A stretch of DNA of 64,000 bases from Vicinamibacteria bacterium. Lineage in GTDB: Bacteria > Acidobacteriota > Vicinamibacteria > Fen-336. Shown one piece after another: positions 1 to 10,345 of the stretch. The notes beneath the pieces were generated by a model. That model did no database searches. It was not told the DNA's origin and saw nothing but the letters and a program-made list of their open reading frames with translations. Location: the NCBI GenBank assembly GCA_035570235.1, contig DATMML010000037.1, positions 152,426-216,425 on the forward strand. Reading direction: 5' to 3'. Both the position numbers and the translations under genes were made by a program. Position 1 is the first letter of the stretch. Each line of letters starts with the position of its first letter.

Positions 1-85
1 TCACCACCCCTGGTGGGGCCCCCCCAATAGCTGATAGTATGGCCTCAAGTCTGCTCCGGAAAAGCTGGTTCTTCCCTCGCGGGAG

Positions 86-556
86 GTGCTGATGCGTCGG
101 ACCTTGATCACGCTCGTCCTCGTGGCTCTCCTCGGGGCCTGCGGCAACAACACGAAAACACCGACCGGCCCTTCGAGTGCGTTGGGCCCCATCGCCGTGG
201 TCACGATCACCGCCGTGCCCGTCCTGGTTCCCGGCGTGAGCTCCGCCGACCCCAACTTCCAATATCAGATCTCCTGGGTGCTGACCCTCCAGGAGACGGC
301 AGGGGTCGCGGCCACTCTGACCGAAGTGGACGCTGTCATCGACAGCGCCATCATCAAGTTCGGGCCGGGCGCGCTCGACGCCCAGTCCACGAGCGGGAGC
401 AACCAGGTGGCGGCCAAGGGGACCCTGCAGCTCAACCAGACCATCGCTTACAGCTTCGGGAACGGGTCCCGGCTGGCCACCGTCGTCATCACCGGCTACC
501 TGACCGACGCAAACGGCAACCGCATCATCAAGAGCACGCAGATCCGGATCGTTTGA
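86..556 (+). CDS. hypothetical lipoprotein (signal peptide with LLGAC lipobox)
   Basis: N-terminal signal peptide ending in LLGAC; Thr/Gly-rich β-like mature region; no recognised family. Confidence 0.45.
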   Translation: MLMRRTLITLVLVALLGACGNNTKTPTGPSSALGPIAVVTITAVPVLVPGVSSADPNFQYQISWVLTLQETAGVAATLTEVDAVIDSAIIKFGPGALDAQSTSGSNQVAAKGTLQLNQTIAYSFGNGSRLATVVITGYLTDANGNRIIKSTQIRIV

Positions 557-563
557 GGGAGGG

Positions 564-1304
564 GTGGCTCCTCCCCCCGCCCGGTTCCGTCTTGACGGAG
601 GGACCTGGCTCCTCGTCCTGACGGGGGCGGGCGTCTCGGCGGAGAGCGGGATCCCCACCTTTCGGGCAGCGGGCGGGCTCTGGGAGTCGCACCGCGTGGA
701 GCAGGTGGCCTCCCCGGAGGGCTTCGCCGCCGACCCCGCCCTGGTCTGGCGCTTTTACTCGGAGCGCCGGCGGAAGGCCCGGGCCTGCGAGCCCAACCCC
801 GGCCACCGGGCCCTGGTCGCGATGGAGGAGCGGCTGGGGGACCGCTTCCTTCTGGCTACGCAGAATGTGGACGGGCTCCATGGTCGGGCGGGCAGCCGCC
901 GCCTGCTGGAGCTGCACGGGAACCTCTTCCTCTCCCGCTGCGCCCGCTGCGACCGGGCGCCCTTCCCCGACGAGGGGGCACACGATTCCGTTCCGCGCTG
1001 CGAGGTCTGCGGGACGGGCCTCCTGCGGCCGCACATCGTCTGGTTCGGGGAGTGGCTGGACCCGGCCCATCTGCAGCGGATCGAGGCCTTCATGCAGGAG
1101 GCGCGCTCCGGTCGCTTCGTGTTCCTGGCCGTGGGCACCTCCGGTCTCGTCTATCCCGCGGCGGGCCTCGTCTCCGCCGCCCGCCGCGCGGGCGCGGAGA
1201 CCTGGCTCGTCAACGCGGAGCCCCCGGAGAACCGGCTCCTCTTCGAGCACGTGGTGGAGGGCCAGAGCGGGCGGGTCCTGCCCGAGTTCTTGACCTGGGC
1301 CTAA
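564..1304 (+). CDS. cobB: NAD-dependent protein deacylase, Sir2/CobB family
   Basis: GAGVSAESGIPTFR Rossmann motif, QNVDGLH motif and a four-Cys zinc ribbon (CxxC..CxxC), all typical of sirtuins. Confidence 0.85.
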   Translation: MAPPPARFRLDGGTWLLVLTGAGVSAESGIPTFRAAGGLWESHRVEQVASPEGFAADPALVWRFYSERRRKARACEPNPGHRALVAMEERLGDRFLLATQNVDGLHGRAGSRRLLELHGNLFLSRCARCDRAPFPDEGAHDSVPRCEVCGTGLLRPHIVWFGEWLDPAHLQRIEAFMQEARSGRFVFLAVGTSGLVYPAAGLVSAARRAGAETWLVNAEPPENRLLFEHVVEGQSGRVLPEFLTWA

Positions 1305-1468
1305 GGCTGGCCCTCCCGCCCCCCGCGGCCGGCCGCGAAGCGCCCGCCGGAGGCTGGACGATCCCATCCCAACACGCGCCGCCAACGCCGGGCTAGACTT
1401 GGCGGGCGGACACGCCTCAAGAACACAGCCGCCCGCCCGGTCGGCGCTCGTGCGCCCTTGGAGGATCG

Positions 1469-3469
1469 ATGGACGCTCAGGGGTCCAAGTCGCTTCCCGC
1501 CAACGCCCACACCCTCCTTTCCCCGGGCGAGGTCTACCGGCCGGCGGTGCCCGCCTCCGCTCCGCTCCCGGAGACCACCGCCCGCTCCGTGGGCTGGGGC
1601 CTCTTGCTCTGCGTGATCTTCACCATCGCCTCCGCCTACTCCGGATTGAAGGTGGGGCAGGTGATGGAGGCCGCCATCCCCATCTCCATCCTGGCCATCG
1701 GACTCGCCCGCGCCTACTCACGACGTTCGAGCATGCTCGAGAACGTGATCATCACCGGCATCGGGGGGGTGGCGGGGGGGGTAGTGGCGGGCGCCATCTT
1801 CACCCTCCCCGCCCTCTACATGCTGAACCTGGACCCCCACCCCGCGCAGACCATCTTCATCTGTATGGCCGGGGGTTGCCTGGGCGTGCTCTTCCTGATC
1901 CCCCTCCGCCGCTACTTCGTCCGGGAAATGCACGGGCAGCTGCCCTACCCCGAGGCCACCGCGATCACCGAGGTCCTGGTCACGGGGGAGAAGGGGGGAT
2001 CGCAGGCGCGGCTGCTCCTCGAGGCCACCGCCATCGCCGGGGTTTATGACTTCTTCGTGGGCACCTTCCAGGTGTGGCGGGAGTTCGTGGACTTCCAGTT
2101 CATCCCCGCGGTGAGAGCGCTGGCGGAGCGCGCCCGCGTGGTCTTCAACTTCGACGCCGTGGCCTTCATCCTCGGGCTCGGCTACGTCATGGGCCTCCGC
2201 TCCTCGATGGTCCTCTGCGCGGGCGGCTTTCTCTCCAACTTCGTGCTCGTCCCCCTCATCTGGATGATGGGCCGCTCCTTCCCCGCGGTCGCGGTCTACC
2301 CGGCCACGCTCCCGATCGCGAGCATGACCGCGGCCCAGATCTTCCGCGCCTACGTCCGCTACATGGGCGTGGGCGCCATCGCCACGGCCGGGATCTTCGG
2401 CATCCTCAAGTCCTTGCGGGTCGTGATCGGGTCTTTCGCCATCGCCGGACGCGCCTTCCGCCACGGCGAGGGGGAGGTCCGGGAGCGCACCGACCGCGAC
2501 ATCCCGGTGACCTCGCTCCTGGTGGGCGTGATCCTGAGCGCGCTCGCGGCGGGGGTCTTCTACCTGAGCCTGGGGGTGGCCTTGGGGGTGGTGGCCCTGG
2601 GCCTCGCCCTGACCCTTGTGTTCTGTTTCTTCTTCACCTCCGTGGCCGCCAACGCCATCGCCACCACCGCCCGCAACCCCGTCTCCGGCATGACCATGCT
2701 CACGATCATCGTGTCCTCGGTGGTGCTGCTCCGCTTCGGACTCTCGGGAACCACGGGCATGTTCTTCGTCATGGCCCTGGCGGGCATCGTCTGCACCGCC
2801 CTCTCCGTGTCCGGCCAGGCCATCACCGACCTCAAGACGGGCTACTGGCTGGGCTCTACGCCCGCGGCCCAGGAGAAGCTCAAGTTCCTGGGGGTGGTGG
2901 CCTCCGCGATCGCGGTCGGGCTCACGATCGTGCTCCTGGCCCGGGCCTTCCAGTTCGGCGAGGCCATCCCTGGGGACGCGCGCGTGGTCCTCCCCTCCCC
3001 GCAGGCCGCGATCATGAAGTCGCTCGTGGAGGGGTTCATGAGCCGCCAGCCGGTGGCCTACCTTCTCTTCGGCAGCGGGGCCATGATCGCGCTGGTGATG
3101 GAGATGCTGGGGGCGCCCGCCCTCATCTTCGCGCTGGGCATGTACCTCCCCCTGGAGCTGAACACCCCCGCCCTGGTGGGGGGGTTCCTGGCCCATTTCC
3201 TGAACCGGCGGGCGGAGGCGACGCCGGGCCCGCACGGCCAGAGCATCCGCGAGCGGGGCGTGGTCATCGCCTCCGGACTCATGGCGGGGGGAGCGCTGGG
3301 GGGCGTGTTCGGGGCCGCGTTGCGGCTCTTCCCGTGGTACGCGGAGGACGGCATCAAGACCCCCTTCTACGACCATGTGGCCGTGGCCCAGAGCCTCTCC
3401 GCCCTGATGTTCGCGGCCTTGTGCGCCTACATCTGGTTTAATTCGCTGCGCGAGCCCAAGGACGCCTAA
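1469..3469 (+). CDS. OPT family oligopeptide transporter
   Basis: About 16 predicted TM segments; composition and length typical of the OPT superfamily. Confidence 0.7.
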   Translation: MDAQGSKSLPANAHTLLSPGEVYRPAVPASAPLPETTARSVGWGLLLCVIFTIASAYSGLKVGQVMEAAIPISILAIGLARAYSRRSSMLENVIITGIGGVAGGVVAGAIFTLPALYMLNLDPHPAQTIFICMAGGCLGVLFLIPLRRYFVREMHGQLPYPEATAITEVLVTGEKGGSQARLLLEATAIAGVYDFFVGTFQVWREFVDFQFIPAVRALAERARVVFNFDAVAFILGLGYVMGLRSSMVLCAGGFLSNFVLVPLIWMMGRSFPAVAVYPATLPIASMTAAQIFRAYVRYMGVGAIATAGIFGILKSLRVVIGSFAIAGRAFRHGEGEVRERTDRDIPVTSLLVGVILSALAAGVFYLSLGVALGVVALGLALTLVFCFFFTSVAANAIATTARNPVSGMTMLTIIVSSVVLLRFGLSGTTGMFFVMALAGIVCTALSVSGQAITDLKTGYWLGSTPAAQEKLKFLGVVASAIAVGLTIVLLARAFQFGEAIPGDARVVLPSPQAAIMKSLVEGFMSRQPVAYLLFGSGAMIALVMEMLGAPALIFALGMYLPLELNTPALVGGFLAHFLNRRAEATPGPHGQSIRERGVVIASGLMAGGALGGVFGAALRLFPWYAEDGIKTPFYDHVAVAQSLSALMFAALCAYIWFNSLREPKDA

Positions 3470-3471
3470 GC

Positions 3472-4830
3472 ATGGAGCGCCTCGACCGCATCCTGGCCGA
3501 TTCCATACTCGGCATCGACACCCTCTGGGGAGGCGACGTCATGTGCCCCTCGGGCACCGGTCGCTTCATCGCCGACACCTGGTTCTCCGACGAGCCGCCC
3601 ACGCTCGCCTACACCCACGAGGCGGCGGGCCGGGTGCGTCGGGCGGGGGGCGTCGGGGCCACTCCACCGGATCGGGCGGCCATCTCCGCCTACTTGGCGG
3701 CGGTGGACGTGCGCGGTGCCCTCCACGGCCTGGCCGAGGAGAGCCGGGCCATGGCCGGCTTGCGGGGTGCTTATCTCCGCGGTCTCGTGGTCTCCCTGGA
3801 GGTCATGTGGGACCTCGCCCGGGAGCTGAGGGGAGAGGGCGACCCCGTCCCCTACGAGCGCTGCGTGCGCGCCTCCTCCGGCATCGGCCCCGAAGCCTCG
3901 GACCCGACCTCCAAGAGGCGGCGCTTGGCGGACCTGCTCGCGCGGGCCGGCCACCCCGGGGAGGGCGCGGAGGCCCTCTTGGCCGCGGTGGATGCGTGGC
4001 GGCGGGAGCGGATGGTCCCCCGGAAGTCGATCCCCGCCCTCGCCGCCGCCTTCATCGCGGAGTTCGACGCCCTCGCCGTCCGCCACCTGGTCCCCCACCT
4101 TCCCCCCACCCTCCACGCCGTGCCCCGCGCGAACATCCGGTTCCTGCCCATCGAGGACGCCTGGTTCTCGGGCTCCATGAACTACCTGGGCCGTTCCCGA
4201 AACCCCGACGGCAGCCCCCGCTACGACGCCACCTACGAGATCAACGCTTCCTTGGAGATCTCGGTCCCCGAGTTCGAGCAGCTTGTGACCCACGAGGTGG
4301 TGCCCGGCCACGTGACCAATGCCGCCCTCCTCCAGCACCTCTACGTGCGCGGGGAGGTGGGATTCGAGGCCTCCGTCCAGACCATGAACAGCCGGGCCGC
4401 CGCTCTCGCGGAGGGAATCGCCAACAATGCCATCCTCATGGCTCACGGCGTGGCGGGGGTGGACGAACTGCCCGACGAGGACCTCCAGATCGGCGTGCTC
4501 CTGGCCCTCCTCCAGGACGACGCCAAGAATCAGTCCTCCTTTCTGACCTGGAAGGAGGCCTGGCCGCAGAAAGACGTAGCGGCTGTGCTCCGTCGTGACT
4601 TCCTCTGCTCTAAGGAGCGGGCGGACAAGCTCTCCGGGGCCTGGGGACGCCATCCCCTGCTGGGCCGCATGTATCTGCCCGCCTATCGCGCGGGCACGGA
4701 GGAGGTGGCGCGGCTCAGGGCGAAGCACCCCCCCCAGGCGGTGCTCCCCGCCCTCTATGGCTGCCGCGGCCTGGTGGACGTGGTGACCGTGCGGACGGCC
4801 CTGGGTGAGGCCGCGGCCCCCGGCGCTTAG
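3472..4830 (+). CDS. hypothetical protein with HExxPGH motif (DUF885-like putative metallopeptidase)
   Basis: HEVVPGHVTNAALLQ resembles the DUF885 HExxPGHhxQ motif; otherwise unrecognised. Confidence 0.4.
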   Translation: MERLDRILADSILGIDTLWGGDVMCPSGTGRFIADTWFSDEPPTLAYTHEAAGRVRRAGGVGATPPDRAAISAYLAAVDVRGALHGLAEESRAMAGLRGAYLRGLVVSLEVMWDLARELRGEGDPVPYERCVRASSGIGPEASDPTSKRRRLADLLARAGHPGEGAEALLAAVDAWRRERMVPRKSIPALAAAFIAEFDALAVRHLVPHLPPTLHAVPRANIRFLPIEDAWFSGSMNYLGRSRNPDGSPRYDATYEINASLEISVPEFEQLVTHEVVPGHVTNAALLQHLYVRGEVGFEASVQTMNSRAAALAEGIANNAILMAHGVAGVDELPDEDLQIGVLLALLQDDAKNQSSFLTWKEAWPQKDVAAVLRRDFLCSKERADKLSGAWGRHPLLGRMYLPAYRAGTEEVARLRAKHPPQAVLPALYGCRGLVDVVTVRTALGEAAAPGA

Positions 4831-5912
4831 CGATAGCGCTCGCGGATCGTGGGCACCAGGTACTCCGCGAAGGCTCTCTCCTCGTCGTAGCGCGGGGCGT
4901 AGCCCCAGTCGCGTCGGGCGCTAGAGTCGTCCACGTCCTCGGGCCAGGAGTCCAGGATCCGCTGCCGCTTCAGGTGCGGCTCGAAAGTGAGCCGGCTGCC
5001 CGGGAAGGCCTGCGCCACCCGCCTCCGGATCGCCTCTGCGGAAGGGTTGAATGCCCCCACGTTGTAGACGGTGCGGGTGAGTCGCTCCTTGGGGGCCTGG
5101 GCCAGACTCAAGAGCGCGTCCACGCCGTCGGGCATGGCCATGAAAGGGATCCGGGTGTCCGGCCGCACGAAGCAGGCGTAGGGCGCGCCCGCGGCGGCGG
5201 CGTGGAGCATTTCGGGGGCGTAGTCGGAGGTCCCTCCGGAGGGGACGGTGACGGCGGAGATCAGGCCCGGGAAGCGGACGCAGCGGAAGTCCACCTTGCC
5301 GGAAAGGGTCTCGGCCGCCAGCTGCTTGTAGTGCTCGGCGTAATAACGGCCCAAGTGCTCGCAGTAGAGCTTGTTGCACCCGTACATGGTGGTGGGCCGG
5401 TTCCAATCATCCTCCCCCACCCGGCCCACCCGGTTTTTGGTCTCGAGGTCGGGCAGCCCATAGGCGGCGATGGAGCTCGGGTACATGAAGACCACCGGCC
5501 GGCCGTGCGACTCCCCCTCCTTCTGGGCGAATTCCAGGAGGCGCAGCGTCCCCTCGACGTTCACCTGGTGGGCGGCGGTGGGGGTGAACTCCGCACGGGT
5601 GGAGAGGAGGGCCGCCAGATGGAAGACCAGCTCGACCTCGTACTCGGAGAGGATCCGCTCCAAGAGGTCCACGTCCAGGATCGAGCCCAGATACTGATGC
5701 TGGACCCGGCGGGCCGGCTGGGCCTCGAGGGCCCGCAAGTCGAGGGTGATGATGGCGTGGGCCCCGGCCCCGGCCAGCCTCTCGATGAGGCCGTGGCCGA
5801 TCTCGCCACTGGCGCCCGTCACGAGCACGACCGGTTTCCTCAGCACGCTGACCTCCGGGGGGTTACCGGGCGGCCCGATTGTAGCGTCAAGCGGGGGGCG
5901 GCGGTGCTCCAA
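4827..5912 (-). CDS. NAD-dependent epimerase/dehydratase family protein (L-threonine 3-dehydrogenase-like extended SDR)
   Basis: VLVTGASGEIGHGL Rossmann motif, YxxxK (MYGCNK) catalytic motif, length about 350 aa. Confidence 0.7.
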   Translation of the reverse strand: MEHRRPPLDATIGPPGNPPEVSVLRKPVVLVTGASGEIGHGLIERLAGAGAHAIITLDLRALEAQPARRVQHQYLGSILDVDLLERILSEYEVELVFHLAALLSTRAEFTPTAAHQVNVEGTLRLLEFAQKEGESHGRPVVFMYPSSIAAYGLPDLETKNRVGRVGEDDWNRPTTMYGCNKLYCEHLGRYYAEHYKQLAAETLSGKVDFRCVRFPGLISAVTVPSGGTSDYAPEMLHAAAAGAPYACFVRPDTRIPFMAMPDGVDALLSLAQAPKERLTRTVYNVGAFNPSAEAIRRRVAQAFPGSRLTFEPHLKRQRILDSWPEDVDDSSARRDWGYAPRYDEERAFAEYLVPTIRERYR

Positions 5913-6113
5913 GGACCGCAGGGCGCGTACGCGCCCGGAGGACGAGGATCCCGTTCACCCCTGCCGGGGGACATTTCTACTTGGCACGAAAGGGGCCACT
6001 TCTACGTGGCGTTGACACGAGGGGCCCGACGTTTGACACCTCTCCGCGGGGGGGCTTAGACTCCGCCTGCGCGGCGTCGGCTCAAGGGCCGCGCGCGGCC
6101 GAAAAGCCCCTGC

Positions 6114-6758
6114 ATGCTGTCGGAGAGGATCGGAGCGACCTTCGCGCGCCCGGTGGAGGGCGTGGTGCGGGCCTTCGCCTGGGTGAGCCCGGATGTGCTC
6201 ACCATCACGGGGCTGGCCCTAAACGGGGTGGCTTGCGCCTGCTTCGCCTTTGCGGGGGGAAAGGAGTACACGACCCCCGCCCTGCTGCGCACGGGGGGGC
6301 TGGTGGCCCTCCTGGCCAGCATCTTCGACATGATCGACGGGCGGGTGGCCCGCCGCCGCGGCCGGGGAACCAAGTTCGGGGCCTACCTCGACTCCACCAT
6401 GGACCGCTACTCCGACATGGTGCTCTACATGGGCCTCATGATCCTCTACGCCCGCTTGAACCGGACGCCGTTCATGGTGCTCGTCTGGGTGGCCGCCTTC
6501 GGGAGCTTCATGACCTCCTACGCGCGGGCGCGCGCGGAGAGCCTGATCCCGCGCTGCACGGTGGGTTTCCTCGAGCGTCCGGAGCGGATCGTGCTCCTGA
6601 TCATCGGCGCCCTCACCAACCGCATCGCGGCCGTCCTCTGGGTCATCGCCATCCTCTCCAACCTGACCGCGGTGCAACGCGTGGTCTACACCTATGTGGA
6701 GCTGAAGAGGGGCTGGGGGGGCGCGGGCCCGGAGCGGGGTCCGGGAAAGGACGCGTGA
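6114..6758 (+). CDS. CDP-alcohol phosphatidyltransferase family protein
   Basis: DMIDGRVARRRG...GAYLDSTMDRYSD matches the DG(x2)AR...G(x3)D(x3)D signature; multi-TM. Confidence 0.75.
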   Translation: MLSERIGATFARPVEGVVRAFAWVSPDVLTITGLALNGVACACFAFAGGKEYTTPALLRTGGLVALLASIFDMIDGRVARRRGRGTKFGAYLDSTMDRYSDMVLYMGLMILYARLNRTPFMVLVWVAAFGSFMTSYARARAESLIPRCTVGFLERPERIVLLIIGALTNRIAAVLWVIAILSNLTAVQRVVYTYVELKRGWGGAGPERGPGKDA

Positions 6759-7246
6759 GCTTCAACCCGAAGTCGGAGGCCCTGCGTCGCCGAATGCTCA
6801 CGCCCTGGCGCTTCCGCTTCTACCTCTGGACGACCCTCCCCCTGGCCGCGGGGGCGGGGCTGCGCCTGCGCGAGCTGGACGGATCCTCCTGCACGGTCTT
6901 TCTGCCCGGGGGCTGGCGGACCCAAAACCCGTTCCGGTCCACATATTTCGCCGCCCAGGCCATGGCCGCGGAGTTGTCCACGGGCGCCCCCGCCGCCGTC
7001 CTGGTCGCGGGGGCGTCCGCGTCGGTCTCCATGCTCGTGCGCGGGATCTCCGCCGTTTTCACCCAGAAGATCGTAGGGGGATCGCTCTTCACGTTCTCGG
7101 ACGTGGCCGGCATGGGAACGGCGATCGAACGGTCGGCCGGGGGGGGCGCGGGCGAGACCTACGTGGCCCGCGCCACCGGCCGCACCCCGGAGGGGACCTT
7201 GGCGGCGGAGTTCGAGATCACGTGGTCCTTCAAGCGCCGGGGCTAG
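6755..7246 (+). CDS. hotdog-fold thioesterase-like protein (DUF4442-like)
   Basis: GTG start overlapping the upstream stop (GTGA); sequence resembles DUF4442/PaaI-like hotdog proteins. The 5' part of the long ORF 5981..7246 is judged spurious. Confidence 0.45.
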   Translation: MSFNPKSEALRRRMLTPWRFRFYLWTTLPLAAGAGLRLRELDGSSCTVFLPGGWRTQNPFRSTYFAAQAMAAELSTGAPAAVLVAGASASVSMLVRGISAVFTQKIVGGSLFTFSDVAGMGTAIERSAGGGAGETYVARATGRTPEGTLAAEFEITWSFKRRG

Positions 7247-7836
7247 AGGGCGCCATCGGCTTCGTGGTGGCCGGCGGCCAGAGCCGCCGGATGGGCAGGG
7301 ACAAGGCCCTGCTCGCCTGGGGACCAGGGACGCTCCTGGACGACGCCCTGGCCCGTCTCGGTCAGGTCGTGGTCGACGTGCGCATTCTCGCCGGGTCGCA
7401 GCCCGCCTACCTCGACCGCGGCCGGCCCGTGCTCGCGGACGCCCTCGAAGGGGGGGGCTCCCTGGGCGGCATCTACACCGGCCTGCTGCAGCTGGAGCGC
7501 ACCCCCGGCCTCTTCCTCGGGGTGGACCTGCCCTTCGTCCCCGTCCTCCTGCTGGCCCGGCTGCTGGAACTGGCCCCCGGCTGGGATGCCGTCGTCCCCG
7601 TCTCCCCCGGCGGACCGGAGCCCCTGTGCGCGGCCTACGCGCCGGCCTGCCGGGAGCCGATCCTCCGTCGGCTCCAGCAAGGGCAGCTCAAGATGACCGC
7701 CTTCTGGCCGGACGTCCGCGTGCGGGAGGTGGGCCCCTCCGAGCTCCAGGCTTACGGAGATCCCGGCCTCATGTTCCGGAACTTGAATACGCCCGAGGAC
7801 TACGAGGAGGCGGCCCGCCGCTTCAGGGCACCGTGA
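7222..7836 (+). CDS. mobA: molybdenum cofactor guanylyltransferase MobA
   Basis: GFVVAGGQSRRMGRDKALL N-terminal nucleotide-binding motif typical of MobA. Confidence 0.8.
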   Translation: MVLQAPGLEGAIGFVVAGGQSRRMGRDKALLAWGPGTLLDDALARLGQVVVDVRILAGSQPAYLDRGRPVLADALEGGGSLGGIYTGLLQLERTPGLFLGVDLPFVPVLLLARLLELAPGWDAVVPVSPGGPEPLCAAYAPACREPILRRLQQGQLKMTAFWPDVRVREVGPSELQAYGDPGLMFRNLNTPEDYEEAARRFRAP

Positions 7837-8254
7837 CCGGGACCTCCACCTCCAGGCTGCCCCGGCGGCACCAGCCCTCGCGCCGCGAGCAGTAGAAGAA
7901 GGTGATGGTCGCCCCCACGCTCTGGGCCCCCTTGGGAGCGGTAGGGGCGAACCCGACCGGGAACTTGAGCGGCCGCGACAGGTCCAGGTAACGGGCGGCG
8001 GAGGGATCGTAGGGGGTCGTGCGCACACGGAGGGGCAGCTGCTTATCCACGAGCACGGATTGAGCCACGTCCAACTTGAGGCGCGGCGCCGGCTCCTCGT
8101 TGATGTGCACCTCCGGGTCCTTGGACACGAACGTCACCTCTATCGATGGCGTGGTCCCGGCCTTGGTCGGGGCCACGAAGGTGGCCCTTAGGTCGAAGAA
8201 CTGGTTCCCGGGGGCCAGGGTCAAGAGGAAGAGGAGAGAGGCGGAGCTCGCCAT
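7823..8254 (-). CDS. secreted DsbD N-terminal-domain-like protein (thiol:disulfide interchange domain)
   Basis: Signal peptide; C-terminal FFYCSRREGWC cysteine pair resembles the nDsbD/DsbC-N redox-active motif. Confidence 0.45.
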   Translation of the reverse strand: MASSASLLFLLTLAPGNQFFDLRATFVAPTKAGTTPSIEVTFVSKDPEVHINEEPAPRLKLDVAQSVLVDKQLPLRVRTTPYDPSAARYLDLSRPLKFPVGFAPTAPKGAQSVGATITFFYCSRREGWCRRGSLEVEVPVTVP

Positions 8255-8329
8255 GCACCCACGATCTTACCAGAGGCGGCAGGCAAGGGCCCCCGGGTCT
8301 CCCGGCCGTCGGCGGGTTAAAATCGGGCT

Positions 8330-10345
8330 TTGCCCATGATCCTTGACCTCCAGTCCCGGCTGGCCCAGCTCGTCCGCGCGGCGGCCCGGAAGGCCTTTGG
8401 CGTCGACCTGGATGAGATCACCTTCCAATACCCTCCCCAGATCGAGCTGGGCGACCTCGCCCTGACCTCGCCCTTCGACCTAGCCAAGAAGCTGAGGCGG
8501 AAGCCACGCGACATCGCGGAGCGCTTGGCCGCAGCGCTCTCCTCCGCCCCCGGCGTGCGCCGGGCGGAGGTGGCGGGGGGGGGCTATGTCAACGTCTTCC
8601 TCGAGCGGGGGGCCTTCGCGGCCGGGTTCTACGCCGCCCTCCGCGCTCCCCGGCCTGCCGCCGTCCGGCCGGGGACGGTGATCGTGGAGCACACCAGCAT
8701 CAACCCCAACAAGGCCGCCCATGTCGGCCACCTCCGGAACGCCACCCTGGGCGACACCTTCGTGCGGGTCTTGCGGCACCGTGGCCACACAGTGGGGGTC
8801 CAGAACTACATCGACGACACCGGCGTGCAGGTGGCGGACGTGGTGGTGGGGCTCATCCACCTCGAGCAGAGGAACCTGGCCGGACTCGAGACGGTTCCCG
8901 GGAGGTTCGACTACTACTGCTGGGATCTCTACGCGCGGGTGGGGGACTTCTACGCCGCCGATCCCCGGCGCAAGGCCCTGCAGGTGGAGACCCTCCACGC
9001 GGTGGAGGCCGGCGACAACGACACCGCGCGCCTGGCCGCGGCCGTGGCCGCGCGCATCGTGGACTGCCACCTGGCCACCATGGAGAGGCTGGGCATCCGC
9101 TACGACCTCCTCGCCCACGAGAGCGACATCCTGCGCCTCCATTTCTGGGATCGGGCCTTCGCCCTCCTCAAGGAGGCGGGGGCGATCCGCTTCGAGAGCG
9201 AGGGCAAGAACAAGGGCTGCTGGGTGCTGACCATGGGCGGGGGCGAAGCCGACGAGAGCGCGGGGGGAACGCCCCCCCGGGGGGGCCCTGCCTCCCCCGA
9301 GGCGCGCCGGGTGAGCGATGAGGACAAGATCATCGTCCGCTCCAACGGAACCGTGACCTACACCGGAAAGGACATCGCCTACCAGCTCTGGAAGCTGGGC
9401 CGCCTGGACCAGGACTTCCATTACCGACGCCACCGCACCTACCCCGACGGCCAGGTGCTCTGGACTACGACCAGCGGGCCCGGCGAGCCGGGGGCGCCCG
9501 TGTTCGGCCACGCGCGCGCGGTCTACAACGTGATCGACGTGGGCCAGTCGTACCCCCAGCGGGTGGTGAAGGCGGGGGTGGCGGCCCTCGGCCACGCCCA
9601 GGACGCGGAGGAGAGCCACCACCTGGCCTACGAGAAGGTCGTGCTCTCCCCCGCCACCGCGAAGGCCCTCGGCTACGCGGTGTCGGAGGAGGAGGCGGCG
9701 GTGAAGGTCTCCGGGCGCAAAGGGCTCGGGGTCAAGGCCGACGACCTCCTGGACGCCCTCCTGGGCAAGGCCCGGAGCGAGATCGACGCCCGGGATCCCG
9801 CCCGGGAGGCGGCGGCCCGGGAGCGCACCGCCACCGCCATCGCCATCGGCGCCCTCCGCTACTTCTTGCTCAAGTTCGGGCGGACCCGAATCATCACCTT
9901 CGACATGGAGGAGGCGCTGGCCTTCGCGGGTGAGACCGGGCCCTACCTCCAGAACGCACTGGTGCGGGCGCGGAACATCTTTGCCAAGATGGAGGGCGAG
10001 GGGCACCCGGTGGCGGCGCTCCTGGAGCGGGCCTCCGGTTCCGATCTCGGGGCCCTCCTGGAGGGCGAGGAAGGAGACGAGGTGTGGTCCCTTCTCCTGC
10101 TCATGGCCCGCAGCGAGGAAGTCGCCGAGCAGGCGGTGCGGGCGGAGGAGGTGGCCCTCCTGGCCAAGCACACCTTCGCCGTGGCCCAGGCCTTTCACTC
10201 CTACTACCAGAACCCCAACTACTCCGTGCTCTACGCGGCGAGCGAGGAGCGGCGCGCCTTCCGGACCCTGGTCGTCGACTGCTTCCTCCGGCAGATGGAC
10301 CTGCTCCTGGACCTCTTGGGGATCCCGGTGCCGGAGCGGATGTGA
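8330..10345 (+). CDS. argS: arginine--tRNA ligase
   Basis: HTSINPNKAAHVGHLRN HIGH-class motif and C-terminal DALR anticodon-binding region; length 671 aa with an insertion. Confidence 0.9.
   Translation: MPMILDLQSRLAQLVRAAARKAFGVDLDEITFQYPPQIELGDLALTSPFDLAKKLRRKPRDIAERLAAALSSAPGVRRAEVAGGGYVNVFLERGAFAAGFYAALRAPRPAAVRPGTVIVEHTSINPNKAAHVGHLRNATLGDTFVRVLRHRGHTVGVQNYIDDTGVQVADVVVGLIHLEQRNLAGLETVPGRFDYYCWDLYARVGDFYAADPRRKALQVETLHAVEAGDNDTARLAAAVAARIVDCHLATMERLGIRYDLLAHESDILRLHFWDRAFALLKEAGAIRFESEGKNKGCWVLTMGGGEADESAGGTPPRGGPASPEARRVSDEDKIIVRSNGTVTYTGKDIAYQLWKLGRLDQDFHYRRHRTYPDGQVLWTTTSGPGEPGAPVFGHARAVYNVIDVGQSYPQRVVKAGVAALGHAQDAEESHHLAYEKVVLSPATAKALGYAVSEEEAAVKVSGRKGLGVKADDLLDALLGKARSEIDARDPAREAAARERTATAIAIGALRYFLLKFGRTRIITFDMEEALAFAGETGPYLQNALVRARNIFAKMEGEGHPVAALLERASGSDLGALLEGEEGDEVWSLLLLMARSEEVAEQAVRAEEVALLAKHTFAVAQAFHSYYQNPNYSVLYAASEERRAFRTLVVDCFLRQMDLLLDLLGIPVPERM

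Noticed and set aside
528-1385. 285-aa minus-strand ORF antisense to the sirtuin gene
   Set aside because: Arg/Gly/Pro-rich low-complexity translation typical of antisense frames in high-GC DNA; the plus-strand sirtuin has clear motifs.
1718-3376. 552-aa minus-strand ORF and 455-aa plus-strand alternative frame overlapping the OPT transporter
   Set aside because: Extreme Gly/Arg/Asp/His composition with no motifs; the OPT transporter frame is coherent.
5981-6754. 5' portion of the 421-aa ORF 5981..7246
   Set aside because: Only the last 163 codons (from the GTG at 6755) look like a real hotdog-fold protein; upstream is Arg/Gly-rich read-through overlapping the CDP-alcohol transferase gene in another frame.
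8480-10198. 572-aa minus-strand ORF antisense to argS
   Set aside because: Low-complexity Gly/Arg-rich antisense artefact; argS frame carries the HIGH motif.
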